64,000 nt of DNA from the NCBI GenBank assembly GCA_964016885.1, contig OZ024745.1, positions 112,096,001 to 112,160,000 on the forward strand, read 5' to 3'. Made by a program: the position numbers and the translations under genes. The notes beneath the pieces were generated by a model that saw only the letters and a list, made by a program, of their open reading frames with translations, made no database searches and was not told the origin of the DNA. This DNA is from Eledone cirrhosa. Lineage: Eukaryota. Of this stretch, positions 28,686-41,827 are shown in pieces. Within the stretch, counting starts at the first letter, position 1. The number at the start of each line of letters is the position of its first letter.

Positions 28686-29295
28686 TTTAGGTTATCAATA
28701 ATGTAGTGATAATATATCGTTACGTTAGAGATGAACAGCGTACGTGCAGGTTTGCTCAACGAGTATAAATTATATTCCGGAGAAATGTAGAAAGGATGAA
28801 TATAAAATGAAAGTGCTTTTGTTAAAAAAGGAATTTATTAGGTATTGACATATGTTTCTGTAACAGACCGAATACCTATGTATCGCTATTAATACTACTG
28901 CACCAAATGACCAGCCCTGTCCACTGTCCAGTTGGTCAAGTAGAGATTAAAATTGGCACTCCCAAAATTCTTATTTAGATTTACTCATGGTATTCTCATT
29001 AAAAACCCATTATATACTTGTTTAGCAGTAAATTATTTTACCATCTGTCATATTCTATCCCCTCTGTTCCTTCCTCTTTTACTAATATAAATACTTCAAT
29101 TTTTCTGATTTTATCCAGTTTATCCAAAATCTCTGAAGAAGTGACAACTGATTATACATTTGCTATCGAATACTTGCTAACATTATATGATTACGCAAGC
29201 AGCGATACATAGGTATTCGGTCTGTTACAGAAACATATGTCAATACCTAATAAATTCCTTTTTTAACAAAAGCACTTTCATTTTATATTCATCCT

Positions 29296-29300
<5 letters not shown>
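28681..29300. mobile_element. Penelope-like fold-back cassette in (TA)n with partial hammerhead
   Basis: Perfect 100-bp inverted repeat 28788-28887/29201-29300; CTGAAGA at 29133 ... TGTTACA-GAAA-CATATG-TC at 29230-29241 (stem I poor). Confidence 0.75.
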
Positions 29301-29367
<67 letters not shown>

Positions 29368-29686
29368 TGGTTTCCACCTGCTTGTGGCGCGGCCGATAAC
29401 ATTATTAGAACTCAATATGGCCTTGAAGAGATAGTTTCAGCAAGATTAGGTAGCAAATCCTATAGTTTTTGTGGTAGGTGCACACTGTGTAAGGTTTCCT
29501 TGAAGAGTAATCTGCTCAAGTTTCAGATTCATTTATATATATGTATGTGCGTATTGAACAATGAAAACAAAACAAAGGTCAGAGATGGATAGTTAATTAG
29601 TTCATTGTTTTACAATTGTTTCAGATGGTTGATTGATTATGGAAGATTGATATATTGACTAGTAATATTCATAGCAAATAAAACCA

Positions 29687-30132
29687 TAGTTTAGTGTTTC
29701 TGAAGAAGATGGTCAATCAATCAGGGTATGAGAGACTAGAAACATGTAGTGACATAACCACTACAATGGTAGTTGATATATCAACCCTTTAGCATTTACA
29801 TTACTCTGTATATAATATTGTATTTCTGTGGTAAAGGCCACATGTCACATAGTTATCTCATAGTTATCACATAGTTATCTCATAGTTACATAGTTATCTC
29901 ATGTCACATAGTTATCTCATAGTTATCACATAGTTATAGTAATATTGAATCTAGGAGATTTTGATATTTATTTTGAGAACAATACCTTAATGTCAGTATG
30001 AGTGGCTAGTTACAGCCAGTTTAAATAGAAAGAGGTGAGAGAATTCTGGCCGGATATTGCCAGTTTGAATGCTAAAGTGTTAATCTTCCACAATCAATCA
30101 ACCTTTTGAAACGATCATAAAACAATGAACTA
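29687..30132 (+). ncRNA. Hammerhead with long stem II interrupted by a MITE
   Basis: TAGTTTAGTGTTT-CTGAAGA-AGATGGT...ACCTTTT-GAAA-CGATCA-TA-AAACAATGAACTA; the inverted arm preserves ACCATCT-GAAA-CAATTG-TA. Confidence 0.65.
29781..30083. mobile_element. piggyBac-type MITE with internal CATAGTTATC tandem expansion
   Basis: TCAA-CCCTTTTAGCATTTA...GAATGCTAAAGTG-TTAA; same family as 5881. Confidence 0.8.
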
Positions 30133-30910
30133 ATTAAATACCTATTTCTGACTTTTGTTTAGTTTTCATTGTTCAATACACACACATATATATATCATTC
30201 ATCATCATCATCATCACACGTACATTTTTCCACACTAGCATGACTTATACGAGTTGTCATGTTGTGAGATAGGCCAAGTCAGGTGACCAGGTCTTGCTCA
30301 TACAGAACTGATTTTTGTCTTGGTTTCTACAGCTGGATGCCCTTCCTAATGCCAACCACATTTATAGTGGGTACTGAGTGCTTTTTGTTGGGATACCTAA
30401 ATGACCATTTTACAGTGTGGACTGGATACTTTTTGTTGTGACACCTACATGAAAACTTTAAAGTGTGGGCTGGGCACTTTTTGTCATGTCGCCATCACAA
30501 CCACTTTACAGTATGGGCTGGGGAATTTGGTGGGAGAGGTATGTGGGGATTAGGTAGGTGGGTATATGGGCAAGTGTGAGTGGTGGAGTCTTAGGACATG
30601 GGCAGTAAATGGAAAAGGGTGAGGGTGGGGTGGAGGTGAAGGTGGTGCACACTAGATGTATACTTCAGCCTGTGCTTATAGGAGGTGCTCATGGGAAAGC
30701 AGGTCTCCTGTATTACTGCATAATGCCAGAGATCTGTGCTGTGTCATTGCCTTTGAAAAGTGCAATTGTGCAAGGTCAGCTTTTATCACCACACACACAC
30801 ACACACAGACACACACGCACACACACAGACACACACACAGACACACAGACACACACACACACACACAATAAAGTTATATCCGTTAAACACAGAGTGTGTA
30901 ACCATGTCTC

Positions 30911-31093
30911 TTAACCCTTTCATGACTTCATTTCTAATTAAATACACTCTATTTCAATTAATTAATGAAGAATTTTAAGGGTGTTACTAAAATTATTAAT
31001 TATTTTATTACTAAGATGAAATTATGTTGGCAGATTTAAAATTTAATTGGAAACCAAAGCCGGTTTTGACTGGGCTGGCAACTAGAGAGTTAA
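30911..31093. mobile_element. Second piggyBac-type MITE family (degenerate)
   Basis: TTAA-CCCTTTCATGAC...GCAACTAGAGAG-TTAA. Confidence 0.55.
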
Positions 31094-31435
31094 TATAAAT
31101 ATAATATATGATCAGGAATATACCAGTTTCAACTAATAAAGCCGTAAATAAGCAGGCTCTGTCTTTCTACTATATATAATATATGTATACATGTATATTT
31201 ATTGTACATAATGTTATATGATTATGCATACATACACACACAACTATATATATATAAATATATATAGTTAGGTATACAGTTATTGCTACACAACAATGTA
31301 CTTTTACATCACATCTACATTAATTTTATATATAAAGTTACATAAATATATATTCTTACACTTTAGTCTAAAGTCTAAAGTCTGTCTCAAGCTTGGTGAC
31401 TCATCAGGCCTGTGCTTAGCCTGGTTTCCATGGCG

Positions 31436-31665
31436 TTAACCCTTTACCATTTACATTACACTGTATTTACTATTATGTTTTCACCTAAAAAAGCTTTACC
31501 TCACATAATTATTTCACATAATATCGAATCTGTGAGATTTTGATATTATTTATTTTGAGAACAATACCTTAACATCAGTATGAGTGGCCAGTTACGACTA
31601 GTTTAAACAGAAAAAGATGAGAGAATTCTGGCCGGATATGGCCGATTTAAATGCTAAAGGGTTAA
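31436..31665. mobile_element. piggyBac-type MITE nested in a minus-strand SINE (about 31375-31845)
   Basis: TTAA-CCCTTTACCATTTA...TAAATGCTAAAGGG-TTAA. Confidence 0.85.
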
Positions 31666-32311
31666 GTGACTGAGAGTACAAACGACCTCCCTGGACAGGA
31701 AGACAGTCCATCGCAAGGTTAAACTCCTAGCTATTGCTGGTACTCTTTTTCAGCTGAGTATACTGGAGCAACATGAAATGAAATGCTTTGTTCAAGAACA
31801 CAACACACACCCCAGTCCAGGAATAGAACCTACAACGGTATGGCCACACGACAGATTTACAAATACACATAGATGCTCACGTATACATCACAGAGTCAAG
31901 ACACAGGCACACAGAGATGTTAAAAATGTGGCTTCCTTATATTCGATTGTATAAGAGGGACATATGTAAAAGAAGTGTGCTTCTGTGCTTGTATCACATT
32001 GCATATGTGTAAAGGGAAGCTTTAGACAGAAAGTATTAAAATATATATTATATGAGGTCTGGTGAGAACAGACCTCAGATCATTGAAGCTCACGGTGGAG
32101 ATGACGAGGGACCGTGACGAGTGGAGAGATGCTGTGCTGAATAAGACCCATCCCAACCTTGCAAGCAGGGAAAAGCGGACGTAAAATGATGATGATGATG
32201 ATGATGATGATGATGGGATATATAGGGGACCGGGTGAAGGCTTCAGTGACATCACCGTTCCCTTGTCGCTTCAATTTGGATTGACTCGGGAACGTAACCT
32301 TATTATGTAAG

Positions 32312-32390
32312 AAGCTGTCTGATGAGATCATGGCACTGGGTAAGCGGAATCACGTGGCCACTGTTGTCATTGAAATATGTATCACAGCTT
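32312..32390 (+). ncRNA. Type I minimal hammerhead ribozyme
   Basis: AAGCTGT-CTGATGA-GAT.C.ATGGCA.C.TGG...CCA.C.TGTTGT.C.ATT-GAAA-TATGTA-TC-ACAGCTT. Confidence 0.9.
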
Positions 32391-32590
32391 TATCAATAAA
32401 GGACGTTAACTTCTGAAACAACTTCGCATTTTCTTATTCTCTCTTTCTCTCTCTCTCTCCCTATATATATATATATGTAGTTTAGGGATTGTAACATCAA
32501 GTTATTGTAGGTTCACCAAAGTGAGTACTCAGTACGTATTCTCCAGTATGTACTATGGGGTTGTACTAAGCAGAGTGTAATAATAATAAT

Positions 32591-32952
32591 AATTGTTTCT
32601 ACTTTTGGCACAAGGCCAGCAATTACCCAGTGCATTACTGGTACTTTATTATATCGACCCCCATAATGATGAAAGTCAAAGTTAACCTTGGCGGGATTTG
32701 AACTCAGACAGTAAAGGGCCGTAACTATGCTAGAAAGCATGGCGTCCAACCCTCTACCGATACTGCCAATCCACCGCCCTTGTAATAATAATAATTGTTT
32801 CTACAAGGCCAGCAATTTGGGGAGGAGGGGAAAATCGATTAAATTGACCCCAGTACATTACTGGTACTTTATTATATCGACCCCCGTAAGGATGAAAGGC
32901 AAAGTTAACCTTGGCGGGATTTGAACTCAGATTGGAAAGGGCTGTAACTCTA
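32591..32952 (-). mobile_element. Two tandem SINE family A copies
   Basis: Reverse complement of 1564-1755, twice. Confidence 0.8.
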
Positions 32953-33243
32953 ATAAAGCTGTACGAGAATCATTCTGTCATTGTGCTAACAGAAGTCTGA
33001 TGAGCTTTTGATTCCATAGTCAGGTCTGATTGATACAGATTGAACCTTCAGCTGATCAATCACAAAATACGTGTCACACCTGAATAAGCATAATGAAAAA
33101 TTGACTCCTCGTCCACATTATTATTATTATTATTATTATTATTGACTTTGCCTTTCATCCTTACGGGGTCGATAAAATAAAGTACCAGTAATGCACTGGG
33201 TAATTGCTGGCCTTGTGCCAAAAGTAGAAACAATTATTATTAT

Positions 33244-33306
<63 letters not shown>

Positions 33307-33659
33307 GTTTAACGTCCATCTTCCACGCTTGCATGGGTTTGGAGGGGAGTTTTCCCACTTGAGGCAAGAGTGGTTGTCTCACTCGCATAGGACTGTCTGG
33401 TGGGTTTTCCACGGCTGGATGCCCTTCCTAACACCAACCACGTTTACAGTGTGGACTGGGAGGTTTTTACCGTGTTACCTACACACCCACATTACAGCGT
33501 GGACTGTGTGTTTTTTTTTGTTGTGACACCTACACGACCTCATTTGTTTCGGACTGGATGTTGTGGTACCAACATAACTTTACATTGAAAGGGGTGGTGT
33601 GGATGGGGTGGGGGTAGTGGGACGGGGGTGTATTTTGTTAGAGGTGCCTACCAACTGTA

Positions 33660-33946
33660 GTAGGTTTCACTTTGTACTTAGGTAAGGCTTGTCTTCTGTA
33701 TTACTGTGTAGCGCCAAAGATCTCGGTCCAGTGACATTGTCTTGGAGAGGTGTAAGTGTGTGAGGTCGGAATTTATCAAGTCGTCCCAGGTTTTTCTGGG
33801 TCTGCCTACTCCGTGGCTACCGTCTATTTTTATTGCCCTGCACTTTTTTATACGTCTTTCATGCGCATCACGTGACCATACCAACATAGTCTTCTCTCGA
33901 GTAAACAACATCTGATCCCTCTTATTTCTAATTTTTCCCTTAGTTC

Positions 33947-33950
<4 letters not shown>
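33660..33950 (-). mobile_element. RTE-like LINE ORF C-terminal relic
   Basis: KKCRAIKIDGSHGVGRPRKTWDDLINSDL...DRDLWR (RTE GRPRKTW motif). Confidence 0.8.
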
Positions 33951-33979
<29 letters not shown>

Positions 33980-33981
<2 letters not shown>

Positions 33982-34328
33982 CAAAGGGATATTTAATTTG
34001 TTGGTAATTCAACAAATATATTTATAACAGAATCGAAGCACTCGACAGATTTTTCTGAAGTATAATATCAATGATATTACTAAATGGAAACTATATTTAT
34101 AAAACCATATTTATTCTATTATATATATTTCAAGGGTACCAAAACTTTGGTACGCTCTATCCAGGTAAAACTTGAACCGTTAAGGTCTCATTCCTGGATA
34201 TGTCAATATTTATAAAACAAGCTCTGTATTTTATCTGATGAGAGCGTGCCAAAGTTTTGGTACCCTTGAAATATATATAATAGAATAAATATGGTTTTAT
34301 AAATATAGTTTCCATTTATTAATATCAT

Positions 34329-34333
<5 letters not shown>
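33980..34333. mobile_element. Penelope-like fold-back cassette in (TA)n
   Basis: Inverted repeat 34066-34170/34230-34333; unpaired tail 33980-34065. Confidence 0.8.
34227..34287 (+). ncRNA. Type I minimal hammerhead ribozyme
   Basis: TATTTTAT-CTGATGA-GAG.C.GTGCCAA(AGTT)TTGGTAC.C.CTT-GAAA-TATATA-TA-ATAGAATA. Confidence 0.9.
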
Positions 34334-34386
<53 letters not shown>

Positions 34387-34778
34387 TTAATGGTAGCTAT
34401 GGTGCATCCATAGGCGGTATGCCAAAATTAGCACTCAATGTTCTTACAGAGCAGAGTGTGAGTAGTATAAATAAACGAAAAATCAGTGATGCATCTGGAC
34501 TCAGTTCATTGCGTGTTATAATTGTTTCTCTGGCAGGTAGCTCGAGACATGATCACTGTATTTATCTGGCTGATTGATCTGGCTGATTGATCTGGCTGAT
34601 TGATCTGGCTGATTGAACTTTGCTCCGAAAGGATTGCTTGTGTCCGAAGAACCTGCAGCCGTAGAATCAGCCAGATCAATACAGTGATCATGTCTCGAGC
34701 TACCTGCCGGCGAAACAATTGTAACACGCAATGAACGGAGTCCAGATGCATCACTGATTTTTCGTTTTTTTATACTAT
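34387..34778. mobile_element. Penelope-like fold-back cassette in (TA)n
   Basis: Inverted repeat about 34462-34573/34665-34777; internal 13-bp tandem TGATCTGGCTGAT, about 4 copies; tail 34387-34461. Confidence 0.8.
34633..34732 (+). ncRNA. Hammerhead with U4C core lesion
   Basis: ATTGC(TT)GTGT-CCGAAGA-ACC.T.GCAG...CTGC.C.GGC-GAAA-CAATTG-TA-ACACGCAAT. Confidence 0.7.
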
Positions 34779-34781
34779 ATA

Positions 34782-35203
<422 letters not shown>

Positions 35204-36964
35204 TATATATATATATATATATATATAGGGAGACACCAAGCAGGCTTTGTTTACAACGGCTAGCAAATTTGAAAATTAGGTAGTAACATGTGCTTATGCC
35301 GTATTTGATTAAATAGAATTAGTCTGTTAGTTGGGATTTTAAAAAGCCCTCTGAATGGACAAAAAAGGATGAGAATTGATGTACATGAGACACAAACCCA
35401 CATCACATCCTTTTTTTCCATTCAGAGGGTTTTTTAAAAACCCAACTAACAGACTAATTATATATAGTCAAATACGGAAAAGCGAACTTAAAATGATGAT
35501 GATGATGATGATGATGTGTGTGTGTAAGTGTGTATGCATGTGCAAATCTTTCTCTGTCTCTCTCTTCTCTCTCTGTATATATATATATATATATATGTTT
35601 TACATATCTGCATATCCACATGTGTATATAAATTTGTGTGTGTATATGTGTATATGAATATGTGTGTTCATGTATATAAACCTTGCAATTAGACCTAACA
35701 GGGTTGATAATATAATGATATCATTATCTTTTTTTTTTAAATTAATTCTGCTCATTTTCAATTTTCAACATGCACTAACAAAGGTATCTTACCTGTTCTT
35801 ATACAGCAGGTTATTAAGTGCATGTATGCGAAAAATGCTTTGATTTGGGTGCCACACTATTGTGTTATGTAGACTGATGACAGAAAGAGTTGATATTATA
35901 ATTGTGTATGTTAGTTGGAATAGAGGTAGTATTGATTATTTACTGCAATGTTGATTATCAAATAGCTTGTGGTAAAGTAATAATAGTCTCTCTGCTGCAG
36001 TGTACGTAATTGACACCTGTAAATTTTAGCTAAACATTTTCATAAACAACTAAAATCAAATATAGTTCAAAGACCTTATATTTAGTTTTGCAATAAAATG
36101 AAGTAATAATTTTCAACATTTTGAAGTTGGCAAAGATCTAACAAGATTTTTTAAAAAGGTAACATTCCAGGTTCTGAATGTATGTTTGTTCTTTAATTTG
36201 AGGAATGAACCCTCTCTCCGAATTCTTTCCCCCAGGAATGCTGAAATTGAATTTTCACATATACTGAATTCATATGCTGTGTGAAGCAATCTATAGTTCA
36301 ACATGCTTTGTAATCTTATAATTTCAACAGTATTTAAATATGTTTGATTCTCAATATCTGAGAATAATATGTTGGTGAATAAAGCTAATGTTTGACAAGT
36401 TAAACTGGTTGTGATCAAAAGAACGAACATTCCAAAATCTTGAAAAGCCCCCTTTGTCACTATTATACCCGTTGTTTGTAAATAATGGCATATCATATCA
36501 TTGGTTAGTATGCTGTATCAATCTTTAATGTCAAAGAAGTACTTGAATCAACCACAGTAGCAATGTCATGATAACATTTATATATTTATTCATAGCGCAT
36601 TATATATTGATAAAACTGAAATAAAATTTCTGAATCCAAAAATATTTGATATATCTGTTGGGTTTGAAATTATAATTGCATAAGGAGATAGTTTTGTGAC
36701 TCTAATTTCCCAGTGAGACTAAATATGTATAAATATCATCATCATCGTTTAACATCTATCTTCCATGCTAGCATGGGTTATGTATTTATTTATTTATTAT
36801 TTCTTTCTTTATTTATTTACTCATATGAAATTTCCTAATAACAAATCTAGAATAAAAATTTTCAGTTCAGTAGTATTTGATATTTTAACTGAACTTGAAA
36901 TAATACTTGAATAAGTAGTACATCATTATATATATATATGAGGATGATGATATATATATCATTT

Positions 36965-37279
36965 GACAAGATGGCATAGGACAGAACAAAGGAGAGGCAC
37001 AAAAACAAAGAAAAGAATCCCCAGTCACTGAAGAGGTCACAGAATGTGTGACAAAAGAACTTTGACAATATATAAACAATCATCTGGTTGTGGAACCAAC
37101 CAACGGGAAATTTATAAATTCCTAAATTTATAAATTTATTATAATAAATTGAAGTGAAAGCAACTAGTAACTGGTGCGTGTGTTTCTTATTGGCAACATG
37201 ACCCTCCCAAAGTATAACAATATCGGTTTCAACACACGTTTTCAGATAAAGAATCTTGTGCTAAACAAATTCAGAAACG

Positions 37280-37282
<3 letters not shown>
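36965..37282 (+). mobile_element. Penelope-like terminal fragment with degenerate hammerhead
   Basis: Homologous to the arms of 55578-56650; GTCA-CTGAAGA-GGTCACA(GAATG)TGTGAC-AAAA-GAAC-TT-TGAC near 37024-37066. Confidence 0.65.
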
Positions 37283-37345
<63 letters not shown>

Positions 37346-37534
37346 TCTTGTATAAGATATTGAAGCACAACTAAAGTTGTGCTCAATCCAGTAATTGATA
37401 TTTTAGTTGAATAGGAATTGAATAGGAATTTAGCTGCGTGTTTAGAATAGGTACACCATATCTTTGTATGTCATAAAAGGTACCTAAAGGGGTTGGCACC
37501 AGGAGGGGAATCATCATCATTATTATCCTATACA

Positions 37535-37845
37535 TCATTCTATGTCTGCATTTTCATGCTTGCTTGGGTTGGATGGGTCTTTTCAGCACAGTTTCCCTCC
37601 ACTTGTCATGTTCTTTCATCATCCTCTCTTTTAGTTTCAGTGATTTGAGGTCATCTCTCATCACCTCCTCCCAGGTCTTTCTTGGTATTCCTCTACTGCA
37701 GCTTCCACCCACTGGGATTTTCTGGCACTTCTTCACCCAGCAATCATCATCCATGCACATCACATGTCCATACCAACACAGTCTTCTCTCTTGCACACTA
37801 GTTATGATTCCTCTTATACTCAGTTTTTCTCTCAGTTCATCTGGC
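37535..37845 (-). mobile_element. RTE-like LINE ORF C-terminal relic
   Basis: QERRLCWYGHVM...RGIPRKTWEEVMRDDL...DKWR. Confidence 0.85.
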
Positions 37846-38626
37846 TATAAATGATCGGGTCATAAATCAAGAGGAGGCACATAAACTAATGGTAAATGTG
37901 TTGGACTTAGGATCATAATGTCATGGGTTTGATTTCTTGACTGGGTTGTGTGTTGTGTTCTTGAGCAAAACACTTCATTTCATGTTGCTCCAGTATGTAT
38001 ACTCAGCTGAAAATGAGTGCCAGTAATAGCTGAGGATTTAACCCTGCAATAGACTAGTGTTCTGTCCATTGGAGAGTCTTGTATACTCAGTTGCTTCACA
38101 CCACAGAAACTGGGATAAGCATTGGCCTGAGACTTCAGGCTCAAGACAGACTTTAGACTTTTTTTAGAGGCATAAATCATTACTTCAAATAAAGGGTTCT
38201 ATGATGCGTATGGGATTTCTTATGGGACCCACTGAGTTAACACAAGCTATAGCAGGGAAAATGGCTTTACACACATAAACATTCTGATAGATGTGCTTAT
38301 TGGAAAATGTTAAATTGTATGTGTATATGTGTGTGCATATGTGTATACACATATATGTATGTAATTATTGACAGATATTTCTGCATTTCCATATATATAT
38401 ATTTATGTGTGTGCATGTATGTGTGTGTGTATACTATTATATATTTGCGCTTTTATATTCATTCATACATACATACATGTATGTAAACTTGTGAGTGAAT
38501 CTGTATTAATGTATTTCATATGTCCCTATATATGTGTGTGTGTGTATAGTGTAATAAAACTACAAAATCAGTTGAAACTGCTACACACAAATATAAATTA
38601 AATATATATATATATATATATATATA

Positions 38627-39018
38627 TCATCATCATCATTTCATTTTACGTCCGCTTTTCCCTGCTTGCAAGGGTGGGCTGGGAACTGACTCTAGCTTGA
38701 TTTCTACAGCTGGATGCCCTTCCTAACACCAACCTCATTTGCAGTGAGTGGTGGGTGCTTTTTTTCCGTGGCACCTACACGTCCACTTTACAGTGTGGGC
38801 TGGGTGCTTTTTTTGCTGTGACACCTCCACGACTACTTTGCAGTGGACTGATAGGGACCCCAGTCCCTATCATCTCATTTCTACAGCTGAGTAAAGTGGA
38901 GCAATGGGAAATAAAGTGTCTTACTCAAGGAAACAATACATCACCCGGTCTGAGAATTGAACTCACAACCTTTTGATTGCAAGGCCAATGCTCTAACCAT
39001 TAAGCCATGTGCCTCCAT
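38627..39018 (-). mobile_element. SINE family B, full length
   Basis: Near-identical to 11558-11939. Confidence 0.85.
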
Positions 39019-39373
39019 GTGAGCATATATGTATATACACACATGGAGGCACATTTGGATTTTAACATCAATTCTAATGGGTCCAGGTCGGTTATATATG
39101 TGTATATGTATATATATTATATATATATGATTTTATCATTTATTTTGTTTGACCTGTTTAGCTTGACTTGTTTTTTTGGCTTAGGTGGTTAATGCCTTCT
39201 TGACCACTTTTTCAGTTTGTATGGCGTTTTAACATATATGTTTAGCTCTGTTTTTTTTAACTATGGAGCACTCGCCAGCAAAACTCTAACTTTGCGTTTC
39301 GTTTCGCTTTTTCTACCCGCTGAAATGCGATTCTCGTTGAATTTATATTACGTATATATTATATATATATATA

Positions 39374-39555
39374 AGGGCGGTGGATTGGCAGTATCGGTAA
39401 GGGTCGGACGCCATGCTTTGAGTTATGGCCCTTGCCATTCTAAGTTCAAATCCCGCCGAGGTTAACTTTGCCTTTCATCCTTATGGGGTCGATAAAATAA
39501 AGTTACACTAATACACTGGGTAATTGCTCCCCTTGTGCCAAAAGTAGAAACAATT
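39374..39555 (+). mobile_element. SINE family A
   Basis: Matches 1564-1755. Confidence 0.85.
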
Positions 39556-40760
39556 ATATATATATATATAATTGTTTCTATATACATTTATATATATATA
39601 CATTTATATATATATACACATATACACATATATATATATATACACATATACACACATATATATATATACATATATATGTAGAGGTTTTAGTTTCATTACA
39701 CTGATTTTAGCAAGGGTTCTGAATAAGAAATAATGCAACCACGTGAAAGATTATAATTGTTCCTATTTACAATTGCTGGTTCTGATCAGCATGACTAGAT
39801 TAGAAGTTGATCCAAATTTGAATTGTAGTCACTTTACATGCTTCTTTGATTCTGAAAGAATGTCTGTAAATGATAGAGAATCATTTAGAATCAGTTCAAT
39901 AAGCAATGTTTTGGCATTAGTTTTAGTACAACACAAACAGATTGATTGAGTAATTATGATTCGACCAAAGTCATATAAATATGCTGGTGAAGAATTTAAA
40001 TCATATCTTATATATCTAAATCTAAACATATATTAAAACATAAAAAAAAAAAAAAAAATTATAATCAAAAACATAAATCATAAACATGTGTAAGAAGAAT
40101 CAGAAGTAGTGTGTAAGAGAGAAGACTGCACTGGTATGGACATGTGATGCATATGGATAATGATTTCTGGACGAAGAATGAGGAACTCCTCCTTGGTTGA
40201 CCTCCACTGCTTTCTGTTTGGTTTTGGTCATGTCAGGAATGTAGCCATCTCCCACAACAAAAGGTCTGAAACCATCTCAGCTTTTGTGTAGAAGCAGTGA
40301 CCAGTTGTGCACTTATTTATTTTTCTAGATATCTGATTAAGCATGGGGTGGGTCTGTCAAGGAATATTTCTCAGAAGGGTAGAGAGACATCCATCTAAAC
40401 AGCTATACGGATAGGAGTGGAAAGACCAAGTCTCAGAACCAAAGCAAACTTCTTAACAGCTCAGCAGTGCCTACATTCACACTTACACAATAAAGCTGTT
40501 GGAAAAGGCAACAATGATCATATTTATTAGTGCATCCTTCTCAGTAATCAATGGGATCGATCACTTGATGATAAATATCTATTGGATGGTGAATGATTAA
40601 ATAAACAATTTCTTTATCCTACTCTGTCAAATAGATAACAGTTTATTCTTAGCCTTAAAATGTAATTTCAATAATCTGATTGAGTAAATATAAATACATA
40701 ACAAGCCCATACATGGTAACAATACATATACATACATGAGTGTGTGTGTGCACGTGTGTG

Positions 40761-40793
<33 letters not shown>

Positions 40794-40830
40794 CATATAT
40801 ATATATATACACAGCTATATACAGTCACAT

Positions 40831-40992
40831 GGATGGTTGTTTATTTGTTTATTGTCAATAATCTGACTGAGTAAATATAAATACATAACAAGTCCATACA
40901 TAGTGTGTGTGTATATGTGCATGCATGTGTGTGTGCATGCGTGTTTATATCTATATCTCTCTCTATATATATGTATATAGCTGTGTATATAT

Positions 40993-41026
<34 letters not shown>

Positions 41027-41163
41027 GTATGTAGCTGTGTATATATATATACATATATGTGTGTGTGTGCATATATATATACACAGCTATATAGATATAT
41101 ATATATATATGTATATAGCTGTGTATATGTATATATATATGCACACACACACACACACACACG

Positions 41164-41246
<83 letters not shown>

Positions 41247-41463
41247 GTATATATATATACACAGCTACATACATATATATATATATATATATATACACAC
41301 AGCTATATACATATATATATATAGATAAAGATATATACACGCATGCACACACACACATGCACATATACACACACACATATGTATGTATATGTATTGTTAC
41401 TATTGTTATGTATTTATATTTACTCAGTCAGATTATTGACAATAAACAAATAAACAACCATCC
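40831..41463. repeat. Fold-back with 61-bp unique outer arms and mirrored microsatellite interior
   Basis: 40831-40891 is the reverse complement of 41403-41463; inner TAGCTGTG/CACAGCTA modules are mirrored. Confidence 0.8.
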
Positions 41464-41557
41464 TGTTATTAAACCAACCGTCTGTTTATAATAAATCAAA
41501 GTGAAAACCAACAGGTGCCTGTGTTTTTATTGGCAGCATGACTCTCTCAAAGTATAT

Positions 41558-41593
<36 letters not shown>

Positions 41594-41646
41594 TTGAAAA
41601 AGTGAAGAATCACATGGTCAACAGTACAAAAAAGGGGAATTTATTT

Positions 41647-41758
41647 ACAGTCTAACAATTGTTTCTTTGATTGAGTTGTCTAAAAATTGCTGAACACTAG
41701 AAGCAGTGCCACTCAATTTTAAATACGATGTTAACTCAATCATGTCATCAGAAACTGT
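41647..41758 (-). ncRNA. Type I hammerhead at the end of the Penelope-like RT relic
   Basis: Minus strand: ACAGTTT-CTGATGA-CA.TGATTGAGTT...AACTCAATCA.AA-GAAA-CAATTG-TT-AGACTGT; first two stem II pairs mismatched. Confidence 0.8.
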
Positions 41759-41827
41759 TATAAAAATATATAACCGGCAAATCTACAAATTCAAATTACA
41801 GCATCAATAATAATATTAGTAATAAAG

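Larger units (their letters stand above)
29530..30195. mobile_element. Older fold-back cassette, arms about 130 bp
   Basis: 29535-29662 is an imperfect reverse complement of 29768-29784 plus 30084-30194. Confidence 0.75.

Noticed and set aside
32990-33085. Possible hammerhead (CTGATGA/CTGATTGA...AAAA-TACGTG-TC)
   Set aside because: Needs several core changes and the register is ambiguous; not counted
35874-35895. CTGATGA-CA-GAAA
   Set aside because: No stem I, II or III pairing; CTGANGA hits at 63, 21793(-) and 23772 likewise lack a complete fold
36113-36496. 127-aa minus-strand ORF in unique sequence
   Set aside because: No recognisable motif or convincing exon boundaries
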